From Octopus sinensis (lineage: Eukaryota): DNA of 64,000 bases. Numbering within the stretch: position 1 is the stretch's first letter; every line of letters begins with the position of its first letter. Shown one piece after another: positions 37,064 through 50,818 of the stretch. The position numbers and the translations under genes were made by a program. The notes beneath the pieces were generated by a model. It was given only the letters and a program-made list of their open reading frames with translations. It searched no databases and was not told the DNA's origin. The DNA lies in assembly GCF_006345805.1 (NCBI RefSeq), contig NC_042997.1, positions 26,970,001 to 27,034,000 of the forward strand, read 5' to 3'.

Positions 37064-40047
37064 ATATATATATATGTATATATATATACACATAAATATA
37101 TGAATAAGTGATCTAGATCCATTATAGGAAAGGATAATCTCTTCAAACTTTAAATTAATCAATATTAACTCATATTATAACGTTAAATCATGTATTTTTT
37201 TAATATATAATTTAATGATTATTCAACATTTAAACAATTAAACTATTAAGTTATTACAGCAATAATTATGACTACCTCATAATTATTGAAGAAATAACCA
37301 ATTAAAGTATTAAATTATGAACATAGAAATTTCATGATTATTAATGTATAGAGACATAACTTTGTGGATCGTACCTTTCGATGTGAGTAATGACTTTTAT
37401 TAATAATAAATTCTATTAATATCGAATTTTATTATTATTTAGTGAAAATTATCGAGCCTGTGAACTAGTAATAGCTTTATGGTTTTTAATTCTTGAATAA
37501 AAAAATTAATTTATGTATAATAAAATCGAAACAATAAAACAGAAAAACCAAATAAGCTATGACTATTGCACACCAGGTTACTATAAATTAGTAATTAGCC
37601 GTTTTAAGTCTGGAAAATTGATTGTGATGAAACATTAACAGATTTTAGTGAAGGAATTAGAAAGCACGGACGAAGGTATGACTACAAAGAAGGAGCAACT
37701 TAAATTGATATATGGTGATGAAGGAATATAACGAGATATGCTACGGCCAGGGAAAAATTAAAAGGTTATTCATTTCAGGTATGATTCAGATGCATAAAAA
37801 TCTGTGTAACGCAAGCATTTATGAATACGCAAAAAGAACATAGCTAAAAAATAGCATAATGGCTACCAGATGGAGATTTATAATATAAGGAAAGCTTCAT
37901 GCGAAAATCATAAGGAAGTGTTGCTAAATTCGATATAATGATGCAAACATAGACGATATATTAAGAACAGTTTCTTTAATGACGATAATTTATAGATCTT
38001 GACTTCTGTACAATAAACTAGGATACTCATTAATGATCATGGTATTTTGCTGATCTTGAAAATCATGGGCAACAGTGATGTAAAACATCCAGATGATCGA
38101 TTGCAGAACACGGGAAAGAGTTCTTCCTAGATTTTGGGGATACATTGTTTTATGGTTTCATTGTATTTTTGCTTGCTGTGTTTGGTTAGAGGATTTATGT
38201 CAGTTCTTCGCAAGCTTTCTTATGCTGACGAGGCTGATTCCATTAATGTATCTTCTCCTGAATCTTTGCAATTTATCATCTGCAGGAAAGATAGGAACAA
38301 GAAAAGGATACCAGGGAGTTGTTGATGTTCTCGAAAATGTTTGGGTATAGTGATTATTGCGATGCCCGGAGGATTGGACACAACAGAAATGATGTAATGG
38401 TGGACGGTGACTAGTTTGGAAAATACTGAATGATAGTAGAATCAGTGGTGCTGGGGCCACTATAGAAGCGGAGAAATGCCAAGAGGAGGCAACGTCCCAC
38501 GCATTAGAAGCTGGAGCACATCTGGAAGTGACATTACTCCACTCAGTTGCATTATTCTGGGTGCGGTCAAGAATGATTGCGCAGTGGCACCCTCCGAGTT
38601 TTTAAAGTAATACTCCGTGGTGGTATTCAAGTACGTTTTACAGATTGACTACAATTGCTAGGTATTGGAGTATCTTCTGGCACAGAAAAGAATGATCAGG
38701 CGATCGAATGGGTTTCTAGAGATGTTACATCTGTTATTTCGACAGGGGTGGTACCCTTTGTTAGTGAGAAGCAACAGTTAGAGGAAGGTCATGAGAGGTA
38801 TTACTTTGGAAAATTATCTAAATACTCTGTCATACGTATTTTAGATACCACTTGTAAGGACCTGTAACGGGGTTTGATATTAATCAGTTGGGGGAACACC
38901 GGCTACAAGATAAAAACCTTTCCCAGGCATGTGAACTGGGGTGCAATTTTCCCGGTATCCTAACATGGACAAAAGCTACAAGGCGCCTGAAATTAACTAA
39001 AATAGACATGATTCTATTTACATGGCCGCACAATGCTGGCCGTGGAGCTCCAAAGTAATGTTTATGAGATTAAATTTGTAAGCAAGTCTGATGAAATTTC
39101 TGAAAGCTTAGTTTTAGAGTATTGGAAAAATTCATATACATTTAAATGATATGATAGGTTAGCAGAATCGATAGAGTATCAGATAAAAGACTATAGGGTA
39201 TTTAATTACAATTTGTACATTCTGAATCGAAGTGTACTGCATTATACATACCAGCTAGTCCATCTAGGGGGTTAGGGAACTGAAGACGATATGATCAAGG
39301 ACCCCTTCCTTGCAAAAATTAAAAATTGTGATCACATATTGTTGGAAAACTTTGACAAGCAAAGCTCAATAAATTCACCATCATTGTCCGCACTAGATCA
39401 TAGCTTAAATAAATAATGATAATAATCGTGTTAAACAGTAATAAATTATTGATAGTGATATCTAATAATACATAATCCTTATTTCGAAATAATCGCTTTA
39501 ATCGTTCCTTTCTCACATATATTTATTAGGTTTTTGTTCATTTTGCTATAAAAATGTGAAATTTTAAATTTCTTTCATCATCACTCAACAGAGCAATTAT
39601 CGGAATTTCACAAATTATTCCCCTGCATTTCTAATTTTTAATGCTTTCTCAAAGCTATGATGAGAGTGTTTTTCCTCTGCTGCAAAATATCATCTCAATA
39701 ATCCATATGGATTTCGCAATTAATTTGCGTATGAGAAATCCTTTTTAACTTTTAGTTGAGTGCACTCCTTTTATGTCATCTGATTTTGTAGCTAATATTA
39801 TTTTCTTTCATTCGGATGAAGTTTTCGTGATATGTTATTAAATGGAAGGTGTTTTATGAAGAACATACTTCGTTCCTAACAATTCTATGATGTTAGTAAT
39901 AAGTCATTCGCTGTCCTATCCTTATTAAAGAAATCAGAAAGAGTATGTGTGACTTAGTGACACGCAAATGCATTGGCATGCATATCGATGTATACATATA
40001 TATAAGTAAGGGCAAAATAATTTTGTTTTCTTTTGCCCTTACTTATA

Positions 40048-41337
40048 CGAGGGGCGTTCAATAAGTAATGCCCCTGATCCACTTCCCATAGCAGTAGAGC
40101 AACGAAACTTGGCACAGTTATTAGTCTTTTTCTACATAGGAACCACCCAGAGTTATGCATTTCTCCCATCGTTTGATGCAGCTCTGGAGACCGTTTGCGT
40201 AGAAGACCCCAGCTTGGTCCTCCAACCACGACGTGACTTCAGAAATCAAGGCTGCATCATCTGGGAAACGCTTTCCTTTCAAAAACAACTTCATGGCTGG
40301 GAAGAGGTGAAAATCAGAGGGTGCAAGGTCATGAGAGTAGGGGGATGGGGGAAGAGTTCATAGCCGCACGCCTGTGCTTCTGATCTGGCGACACGCGAGT
40401 TGTGAACCGGAGCGTTGTCCTGCAAGAGGAGGATGCCTTTGCTAATCTTGCCCCGCCTCTTGGTTTTGATAGCTTCTCTTAATTTCCTCAAAAGTGAAGC
40501 ATGATAGGCTCCTGTAATTGTTGTACCCTTTGCCAGGAAATCTGTCATCACTACTCCGTCCTGGTCCCAGAAGACTGTGAGCATGACCATGCCAGCGGAG
40601 GGCTGCACCCTTGCTTTCTTTGGAGGAGGTGAGTCATGGTACTTCCACTGCATTGACTGGGCTTTGGTCTCTGGATCATAGTGATGGAACCAGGTCTCAT
40701 CCTGTGTAATCAGTCTTTTGAAAAATTTTGACTCATCTTCTTGGCACATCCCTAAATTCATCCTCGAGCACTCGACGCGTTCTTGCTTCTGGAAAGGTGT
40801 GAGCAACCTGGGAATCCATCTGGCAGACCTTTTGCATATGCAAATGGTCATGAATGATAGTTTCCACAGACCCGGTACTAATCTTGACCTCATGGGCTAT
40901 TTGGCGAATAATTATGCGTCGATCTTCCAAAATGGCAGCCTCAACTTGACGGACACATGCCTCATCAATGGCAGAAGGGGGCGACCAGATCTGGGATCTG
41001 TTTTCACCAGAGTTCGGACCATGTTTGAATTCACGATGCCAGCGTTTTACAGGGTCATATGATGGGGCATCATCACCATAAGTTACTTTCATTTCATCAA
41101 AAGTCTCCTGTGGTGTGCGTCATTTCAAATACAAAAACCGGATCGCTGCTCGACACTCAACAGGCTCAATTTCCCACTTGACTCATTTCAAACACCTGTA
41201 AATCGGATACCACAATTAGTTCGGAGCTGTAATTTGCCACTTAATCTATAAAGATATAAATAATTGCACATGCAAAATTTCAGCTAGATTAAACAAAGGC
41301 AAGTGGGTCAGAGGCATTACTTATTGAACACCCCTCG
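40048..41337 (-). mobile_element. Full-length (1290 bp) mariner element, D,D34D transposase pseudogene
   Basis: 37-bp TIRs with 3 mismatches (CGAGGGGCGTTCAATAAGTAATGCCCCTGATCCACTT) and TA on both sides. Motifs WIPRLL, ITQDETW, LQDNAPVH and HPPYSHDLAPSDF are present, the last after restoring one C in a homopolymer. There is an in-frame TGA at 41120-41122 and frameshifts. Confidence 0.93.
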
Positions 41338-41607
41338 TAAATTGTTTATAAAATTAACCTTTGAAGGTATTTTTTAATATGCTGGCCATTGATAGAATTT
41401 TTTTTGAAAAATTTTATCCTACATTAGATATATATATATATATATCTTAAAATGTTTTTTGTGAAAATTAGCTCATACAGTTTTACTAAGTATAAAGATT
41501 TTGAAAAAATTATACGTGTTTGAAACGATGAGCGAAAGCTATTACAAACACTAGAGAGAAACTTCATCCAAAATGGTAAATGACGTTCTGATAAAGAGAA
41601 TATATAT

Positions 41608-41800
41608 ATATATATATACGGGGAGAATTGTCAAAAAGAAAGACGAATACAGGTGGTATAGACAACAAACAGATGTATTAGTATAACGCTTGGGAAGTGA
41701 AAGAGTCTTTAACATTTCGAGCCTACGCTCGTCCACAGAAAGGAATACAGAAAGAAACAAGGAGAGAAGATAAGGAATATGTAGTGGCTAGCGATCTATC
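41608..41800 (-). mobile_element. ~190-bp (TA)n-abutting element with a hammerhead-like fold, copy 3
   Basis: Minus strand CTTT-CTGTGGAC-GAGC-GTAG-GCTC-GAAA-TG-TT-AAAGAC at 41742-41705. Confidence 0.75.
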
Positions 41801-42575
41801 ATACAGAGAGAGAGAGAGAGAAAGTGAGAGAAAGAGAGAGAGAGAGAGACATTTCAATAAAAATGTACGGGTATTTCTCTTGTACTTACCTACAGACAAA
41901 GAGTTCTCGATTCTTTCTGAGGATTTTTGTTCCTGTTTTGTGAGCAAGAAAAAAAAGAAAAACATTCGGTTTGTCGATTGTTTGAATTGTTTGCCATTTT
42001 ATTTCGCTATTTCCTTTTGGTAGCATAGAATATGCATGGCAATGTATGTGTATATGTCTTGCGGGTTTAAGTATTTCTTTATATAAGTATTTCAGTCGTT
42101 TCCGAGAATACAAAATTTATCGTTCTTCTTGTCCTCGGTCTCCAAATTCTGGTTATCCCTAGTTCCAGATCTTTATATTTTGATAATTTCTACGTTTCTT
42201 GTAGAGATATATTGTCGTCCGATACATGTATGGATTTACAGTAACCAACTTGTCGTTGCTTTTGTCTATTTCTACATTTAACTCTGTAAACATGAAAGTA
42301 TTGTATGCTCCTTATTACAAGGGCATGTGTGTCATATTTCTAAGAATCTGCTGGAATCAAAGTACATGGTATGAAAATACATGAGCAGCCATATTCGCAT
42401 ATGTTTACAAATATCGTTTCCTTATATTTGTGATGCTGGTTCTATTCTCCTCTCTTTTGAGCAAACCACAGCTCGATACTCACCAAAACTGTTCAAGACG
42501 CAGGAAACTATTACAAAAACTACTGCTACTGCTACAACAACAACAACTTGGACGACTACTACAACTAATAATAGC

Positions 42576-42576
<1 letters not shown>

Positions 42577-42634
<58 letters not shown>

Positions 42635-42651
42635 AGATGATGATGATGATG
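42577..42651. repeat. (AAT)n/(GAT)n microsatellite; a second (AAT)n lies at 42838-42890
   Basis: Visible directly and responsible for the poly-Asn/Ile/Leu ORFs. Confidence 0.95.
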
Positions 42652-42839
42652 ATAAGAGCATTATCGCTGTGAAAACAACATCCATTCATGAATTTATTTT
42701 TTATTTATTATTTTTTAAAATACATGTTTTACCTGTGAATTTGCGTGTGTAATCTGGAAATACATACAATGAGCTTCTCTGCCCTAGGAGTACGGAAAAG
42801 ACTCGGCGAGAAACGGAAGAAAATTTGAAGAAAGAAGGA

Positions 42840-42891
<52 letters not shown>

Positions 42892-43711
42892 GTCACTTGT
42901 ACTATATTACATCTTTAAGCTTATTCACCATCCCCTCAGTCATGAACCCTTTCTGTTTTTCTACATTCATTTGCTTCATTTTGTCTGTAACACCTTTGCG
43001 CATAGCTTTACTAGATTTTTTTCAGGAGTATTCTATGCAAACAACGAATTAGTGACACCCTTAAATATTTTCTGAGATTAACTACCAATGGAACTTAAAA
43101 TGAGTTAATAGATGAAATGCTGTGGACGCAAACTATAATAAAAGGTATACAAATTTATATATCTTTTGATCGATTCAATTTTAATTTTAATGAGTGAAAT
43201 ATATAAATATATCGAAAAATTTGAATCGTACTTCTAATCTATGCAGATATTCTATAAGAACCCTAATAAAAGGCGCTCCAAATATGACCACCTCGTGTTA
43301 TTTTTTGCAGTCATAATATATCGAAGATATATCTAGCAAATTCTTTTATTCTAAGTCTACAGGGTATAAATTTTAGAAAAATTTGTCTGGTTTCTGTAGC
43401 AGGACAACTGTGTTTAGATTCTCTTGATAAGACTCATAAAGACATTTTATGGTGAGTAATTTGTCGATCACTCTTTTTTTCCCCCAAAAACAGATATGAA
43501 ACATATTGATTTGAATTCTTATAAAGATACTTGAATTTAGACATGAAAAGGAATCTGATATTCAAAGTATGTAATGTATGTGTCACCGTAAGCATTCATA
43601 TGTGCATGTATACTCTCATATGTACATATATATATGTATGTATGCGTATGTGTGTGTTTGTGTGTAATATATTACATATATTTATGTATGCATATATATA
43701 TATATATATAC

Positions 43712-43773
<62 letters not shown>

Positions 43774-43774
43774 G

Positions 43775-43809
<35 letters not shown>

Positions 43810-43882
43810 GATATATATATATATATATCATATATATATGTATGATATATATATATGATATATATATATATATATATATGTA

Positions 43883-43947
<65 letters not shown>

Positions 43948-44111
43948 TATTCTTACGAATTTAATCAACTTTACCTTTGATATGCTTTCATCTATTTTTA
44001 TATGCTACCTGTATTTATAGTAAATGACTATACCTTTACAGATATTAAGCGTTCACAGTTCTCGTTCCTTTTCTCTGTCTCTTTCTTTCTCTTTCTATTT
44101 CTCTGCTTCCC

Positions 44112-44154
<43 letters not shown>

Positions 44155-44285
44155 TGCGATGTCTAGCTTTCAGTTTCACTAGTTTCTCGCCCTCTCGTTA
44201 ACACCGTTATTTCGTTTTAACTCGTCATCGATTTACCAGTATAATTTAACTAACAAGTCATATTTTATCTCTTCTTTCCATACAG

Positions 44286-44611
44286 ATGCTGCAGTCATTT
44301 GAATTGCATTCAAAAGAGATCACTGCTGATAACTGACATCCTTTGAATATCAACCACTTACGTTCATCATAAATCTTGTCTACATCAATCATCTGTGAAT
44401 TATGAAACTATTATGTAAGGATTATAAATTATTGTGCAATTTATGGCAGAATGATTGCTGAATATATATAAGTCTACATTTATAATGAATGAGGGAGATA
44501 TATTTCTTGTTATGCCAAAATTGTAGTTCTACAGCTGGCATCAACAGACGTTTGGTACGAAATCTGTGAGAAGAATGTTTTTAGCAGCATCTTTATCTGC
44601 ATTAATGGAGA
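44286..44611 (+). other. Probable 5' UTR portion of the K2P exon
   Basis: Strong acceptor TATTTTATCTCTTCTTTCCATACAG ends at 44285. The downstream sequence is unique and non-repetitive up to the ATG at 44612 and contains several short upstream ORFs. Confidence 0.6.
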
Positions 44612-45629
44612 ATGGATGACCTTCATGTCAGAGACAAACACCAAACATCCAAACACATTTCGTCCAGACCGGCTACTGCAAGTATCAGTGCTGATAGCGC
44701 GGAGCCCGGTGGCTTTGGGTCAGCGAGCGGAAGTAAATCAGAAGAAAACAGAAATTCAAACGGAAATATCGAAGGAAGTGAAAATGTCGGTGAAAACAGT
44801 AGTGGTCCCAGCGGACATAACGGTGGTGCTAATCGCCATGTTGAAAATGTCGTCAATATTGTTAGTTGCACACATGATGAGGACGAAGAGATGGGAGATG
44901 ATGACGATGATGATGACGACGATGATAACAGCAGTAGTGATTCTGGTTCTTATTACGCTACTTCGGTCGATCAGGCTAATGACCGGTCACCCAATAGTGT
45001 ACGTAACAACCAAGAAGAAAGTGCCGTTGTCATCGTTAGAGACAGCGATGGATCCGACGACGACGACGGACAAAATATCGATGACAATAATTCCAAAAAC
45101 AGAGCTAAAAAGCGAAATTCGTCTAAATCCTTTTGCTGTAGTTGTTGTTGTTGTTACCGCAAGAAAAGGAAAAATAGCAATATGGCGAATGGTAAAGAAG
45201 TGGTCGAAAAGAAAAATACTACTCGTGAATCACATCGGAAAACTACAAACAGGGTTGTTAACTGTTGCAAAACTTTCATTACGTTTTTCTTCTCCAATAT
45301 TGGTCTTTGTTCGTTGGTTATTGGTTATTCAATTCTGGGAGGTTTTATTTTTCAAAAACTCGAAGCGCCCAATGAGGAAAATGAACGAGGAACGGTGACT
45401 TTGCACCGGCAACGTCATGTTATTCGTTTATGGAATTTAACAGAGGAGTTAAACATATTGCATGAAGAGAACTGGTCACGTATCGCTGACGAAGTGCTTT
45501 TGGACTTTCAACAGGAAGTATTTGTAGCAATTAAAAAACAAGGCTGGGATGGAAAAGACGGTACGGCTGAATTACAATGGTCCTTTGCTGGCGCTCTACT
45601 TTATTCAGTGACTGTCATAACCACAATAG
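44612..45629 (+). CDS. First visible coding exon of a two-pore-domain potassium channel (K2P/KCNK, TWiK-family-like): long acidic N-terminus, M1, cap helices, pore helix P1 up to TTIG
   Basis: ORF from ATG 44612 contains an M1-like segment FFSNIGLCSLVIGYSILGGFIFQKLE, a cap-like region (RLWNLTEELNILHEENWSRIADEVLLDFQQEV) and the P1 signature QWSFAGALLYSVTVITTIG. It is followed directly by a consensus donor AG|GTGAGT at 45630 (phase 1, inside the TIG-YG filter). The ORF-track residues after TTIG are intronic. Confidence 0.93.
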
Positions 45630-45678
45630 GTGAGTTACAATTTTTTTTTTTTTGGTTGTATTCGTATTTTATATGATA

Positions 45679-46061
45679 CTAGCAGTATCGCCCGGCGTTG
45701 CTCAGGTTTGTAAGGGAAATAACTATAAAGCATTTTTAGAGAGTTATAGCCAAAAAACAGCAAAGAAATGGAAAAAAAATGATGGTAAATTTTTTTTTAG
45801 TTAAAAAAGGTGGAGTTGCGTTCCCTAGACAGTTTGCGGTTTGTGTTTCTGATTCTCGACCCCATGTCGAATTTATCGATTTTTTTCAGAACTGGGGGAA
45901 CTTTTCAAAATTTTCGCTGCGTTAGTTTTGAATTATGACATTGGGCTATGTGTGTGTCAAGTTTCATCAGAATCGGTTGAAAGCCGTGGTCAGGGTGAGG
46001 GTACAAGCAAACAGACACACAGAAACACGCACAGACAAACTGCCGTTTATATAGAGAAAGA
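45679..46061 (-). mobile_element. Non-autonomous Helitron-like element 49 bp into the K2P intron
   Basis: Minus strand A|TCTTTCTCTATATAAACGG...CCTGAGCAACGCCGGGCGATACTGCTAG|T. The 3' ~100 bp are shared with the 1818-2211 element. Confidence 0.8.
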
Positions 46062-46335
46062 TTCGTAATTGTACAGGAGATTCGGTTTTAACAGGAGATT
46101 ACAGCTCCTAAACATGATATTTATATAGTATATTTCAGATCGAATTAGTTGAGAGATTGCTCCCTCACAGATATGTTGCATAAAACATTGTCTATTGCAC
46201 TTTAATTTCAGTTGGGAAAGTAAAAAATGATGGATAGGAGAAGAAACGTTTTACTAATAAATGCAGTAGTTTCTTTTTTAAATGCATGGTGAAAGTAAAG
46301 AGCAATTGCTACTTGCAGTATACTAAAACAATTTA

Positions 46336-46476
46336 TTAGGTTGTCCTATAAGTTCGTAAACACTTGCGAAAATTGAATTTTTACTCGCCAAGTACTAACA
46401 AAAACAACAAAAATTATTCCTCAAAATAGAGACGATTATTTTCCAAGACTTTCTACGAACTTTTGGGACAACCTTA
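46336..46476. mobile_element. 141-bp mariner-type MITE
   Basis: TA|TTAGGTTGTCCTATAAGTTCGTA ... TACGAACTTTTGGGACAACCTTA|TA. Confidence 0.7.
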
Positions 46477-47009
46477 TATTATTTCACCGGTATAATGAAA
46501 TGAATTTCAAAGTCTACAAACGCGATTCTTCATAAAAGTATGAAATACTAAGCATTATTCAACTCGATAATTACCAAGAGTTGCACGCCTGGAAGTATAG
46601 ATGATTATCTTCGATATCTTCAATATTCTATACTGAACATATATTATTGATTATTTACGTAAGAGTTATTAAATTTTGGAGGAATTGTTAAAGCCTGCAA
46701 GATACATATTATACAAGTATTGTTTTACACTTAAATGATCTCATTCACATAGAATATATGTAGCGGTGTTCAGAACAAGAGTACAAAACAATAACTGAGA
46801 CGGAAGATAATCGTTGAAAAACGAACTCCCTCTCTATTCTCTCTCTCTCTCTCACACACACACACGCGCGCGTGTGCACACACTTATGTATGCAAGACTA
46901 TATGTATTTGTGTGTATTTATGCATGCATGTATATCTGTGTGAGTGTTTATGCGTGTCATTTTTTCTATGTATGCATGTATGTATGTGTATTTTTTTTTT
47001 ATTTATGCG

Positions 47010-47287
47010 CCTTTTCAAGCCTAACCAGGCTCATGGGACCGGTTTCCCGGTTTCTTTGGCGCATGTGTTCCCCCCCCCAGCTGGACGGGACGCCAGACCA
47101 TCGCAAGAAACAGGAAGAAAGAGTGAGAGAAAGTTGGGGCGAAAGAGTACAACAGGGGTCGCCACCACCCCCTGCCGGAGGGTCGTGGAGCTTTAGGTAT
47201 GTTCTCTCAAGAAACACACTCAACGTCCGGTCTGGGAATGGAAACCGCGAGTCCGCTGCTCTTACAACTGGACTATTGCGCCTCCAC
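47010..47287 (-). mobile_element. SINE family B head with tail type 2
   Basis: GTGGAGGCGCAATAG head, followed by a GGCGTCCCGTCCAGCTGGGGG...GAAACCGGGAAACCGG tail shared with the 60156 copy. Confidence 0.8.
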
Positions 47288-50200
47288 GTATGTATCTGTA
47301 GTGGCATTTTTCTATTTTCTGTTATTCGTTGCAGTATAAAATTGTCACAGCCTATTCAATGCAATTAATCACTGTGTGAGCACGATCACAAATTGCACTT
47401 TCCTACTAAGTTCTACTAGACATGTTTATTAAAATGGTATGATAAAGTGTAACGTCACAGCAGTACTTTATAAAATGATTAGACTGACTGGGAAATATTA
47501 GTGTGATCTAACGCAAGTAATTTATATTCTTACACACAAGTCAACGAGTACGTTTCTATCGTTAATATAGGCGTTTTCAGCACATGAGATATCACTCTTT
47601 TATCACAAACCACTGACTTCAATATGGAAAAGACACATTGGATAATGTACTCCTGTGTACGCCGGAGATCCCTTTGTTATTACATTTGTTCGATCAGTGC
47701 TAATCTAGGAATATACAACAATAGCGGGAAAAACAACAAAAACAAAAACAACAACAGCACATATTCACAAACCTCTGTAACATATGGCCATAATTATGGA
47801 ACATTTTCAATTATATGCTTAATTATTTCCCCCGCCCTTTTTTCTAGGAGATATTTAATACTAAATATTTTAATTGTTTGCATGAACTATGCAAAATCAC
47901 TAACATAGAGTTATTTCCCGTGATATAATCTTAATACTAACTATAGCAATAACATATACTCATTGAACCCTACAAAAATATCGCAACACTATCAACTGCA
48001 TTTTCTCATTTCAGCCAGAGTATATTGAGGTTAAAACGATGCTGTCATATGAACGTGTGAAAATGACAATATAGAAGTTGCTATTTATTGTTTTCATGTT
48101 GGCATTTTAAAGCCAAATGCCATATCGTGAGCTTTCAAGAAAAATTTCAGTAGTATCATTTGTTTGTTTTTATTTTTTTATCTTTTTATCTTTTTAATAA
48201 TCAATTGTAGTCTGAGTATTATATAATATCTGAGTGATGAAAAATTGAAAAATGCCGATATAAGATAACTATTGAAAAGCCATAATACATTTCGATGTTA
48301 TATTAATGGTAGTTATTTCAATATAAATTGTCCTACAGTATACAGGAAATATAGTATTCAATTCTACTGAACTTAACTATCAAATCTCGATGGTATTAAA
48401 TCGATAGAAAATATTTTCCAGTCATATTAAATCATGTGTGCCTGTCTGTGTGGCTGTGTTCATGTGTTTGTGTGAGTGAGATGTGTGTGTATATAAACAC
48501 TCACACACACACATATTTTTTTTTTTGTATTGGTTGTCAGTGTATGCGTTGATATGTACGTGTGTCTGTATATTTTTCATGTGGAAACATATTTAATATC
48601 TTGTCCATTATATATGTTGTTGTCAGGTAAGATGCACAGTGCGATTGTTATATAAGAAATAATTTGGTATTATTTCGTCACGGTAGATGTAGCCAATCAT
48701 TTACTTTCCCTTCTAGTACAATACATTTAGCGTGCAAACCAATTTGCATAATTTTAAACGTCACGTAAAAAGCATAAAAGCTCAGATATACAGTTGGTTG
48801 TATTAAAATCGTAATTATTCATATAATATATAGCAGTTCCATATCGTTACGCAACAAAGCAATTTTTTTTCTCCAGACCAATTTTTGACTCTTGCTAGTA
48901 AGAAATGATTTCTATGAATATAGTCTAATCAGCTATGAGATGTAAAGTGATCTTCTGATGTATAATTTCAAATTCAGCCTTAGACGTGAGGGATTGTAAA
49001 TGTCATTAATACGGCTAATTGATTTTTCAGGTAATATTTCTCAGAAATTGAAATATAAGTATATAGTCACTCTACACTTTTAGTTTTTAGCTTTCCTATG
49101 AATTTTCTTTTCTTTTATATATTTTTCTTTTTGTTTTATAATCATATAAATCTAATCTTGGCATGTTTGTTTTTTTTTTATTTATATATTGTAATTCCAG
49201 GATGTGTGAGGTAATTTTTTATACAGTATCTAGGATCACCATAAATTTACGTTCAAGTTTCATACCTTAGAGTTTTCATACTTTAGGAGCTTCATCATGG
49301 GTATATAATTTCGCCACTTCTTTTCGTGGCGGTTCTGCATTTGATATTGAGTGGTGTGTATGTATATAGTTAACGTTGTGTGAAATAATAATAATGAGTA
49401 ACTAGCATCTCACCTTACCTGCTGAACGAGATATTCATGTAATGTCGACTACATACACATGGCAAAATCATGCCGCAATATGTCCATAAAGCAGGGACTA
49501 TTTAAAGGGTTTTTGCTTTAAAATTGGTGATGAACTAGTTCCAATGATCAGCGAGAGGCAGCTGAATGACTTTAGTGCTCTTAAAAAATGCCAAAATGAG
49601 AATTCAAATTGAATATAAATTGATACAGACACGAATTTTTGCAATTGTGGTCTACTTAGGCAAATTGAAGTGGGGCGGTTCAACATGATCTGTTGTTGAT
49701 GTTCTTGTGACCATTCCAAGTACACTGATTATCGTTAATAAGATCGGGGTTAATATAAAATGCTAGCAAGTACCTCTCAAAGTGTATTTGTCTCCCATAA
49801 CGCTTTACAGAGTTTGGGCATCATAGCACTAATGCAAATGTACTGCAGTCCTTAGCATAGCTCAGAGAATATGCAAAAATAGCAAAACCTCAATGCCACA
49901 TTACGCTACGGTTTTCTATATAACACCGTAGAGTTAACAGATAAAAAGAGAGCGTGAGAATATCTGTTTAAGTGACAGAAGCATTCTGGAAATAGAGCAA
50001 ATCAATGCCTAGGTATATAACAAATCGCATGAAATGCAAAGGTTACGAAACAAATAATTATCAAATGACTAACAAAAGCTGGCAAAATATTGTGACTAAA
50101 GCAACTCATCTTACTGGACTGAAAGAAGACATTGCACATGAGTAGCATTGGAGACAACTATATAAATGAAACTATCATAGATCAAGATGTGAAAAATGGG

Positions 50201-50585
50201 TCCAAGCATTATATGATTAATCTATAACCGTTTTAATTTGTGCTTCTATTAACGGCCAGTATTAGACGGTTGGTCTGGATTTACACGAAAGGTTATCTTC
50301 GACGCTGAAGTTATGTATTGTTTGAAAGTATTCTAGTTGAATGCTTATCAACACTTGCAAATAACATATGGTAATACAACCAGATACTAAGTCACCTTGT
50401 GGATAATCTAAACCTGCAAGACAGATACTCCAGTGAATCTAGACTCAATATGAAGTTGTACCCTATTATATACAAAGCGAGAGCGAAAGCACACCATGAG
50501 AACAAAAGAATTGAGAGAGTAAGGCTATCATACGGCACAGGTAAATTTGAATGTAACGATCAAATGCTCAAACTTTATTGAAATA

Positions 50586-50818
50586 TATATTTCTTTATTG
50601 CCCACAAGGGGCTAAACATAGATGGGACAAACAAGGACAGACAAAGGGATTAAGTCGATTACATCGACCCCAGTGCGAAACTGGTACTTTATTTATCGAC
50701 CACGAAAGGATGAAAGGCTAAATCGACCTCGGCGGAATTTGAACTCAGAACGTAACGACAGACGAAATACCGCTAAGCATTTCGCCCGGCGCGCTAACGT
50801 GTCTGCCAGCTCGCCGCC
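50586..50818 (-). mobile_element. SINE family C, full length, with TSD
   Basis: Head GGCGGCGAGCTGGCAGACACG, B-box-like GAGTTCAAATTCC, and TTATTGAAATA at 50575-50585 and 50819-50829. Confidence 0.88.

Noticed and set aside
44616-45398. 260-aa overlapping ORF in the +1 frame of the K2P exon
   Set aside because: Stops in this frame need Leu/Ile/Val/Met codons followed by a purine. The hydrophilic Asp/Ser/Asn-rich N-terminus has few such codons, so the open frame is an expected by-product, and it closes soon after the hydrophobic M1 region begins.
45630-45676. C-terminal ELQFFFFWLYSYFI of the ORF-track protein
   Set aside because: This is intron read-through past the GTGAGT donor. A K2P needs GYG and three more helices.
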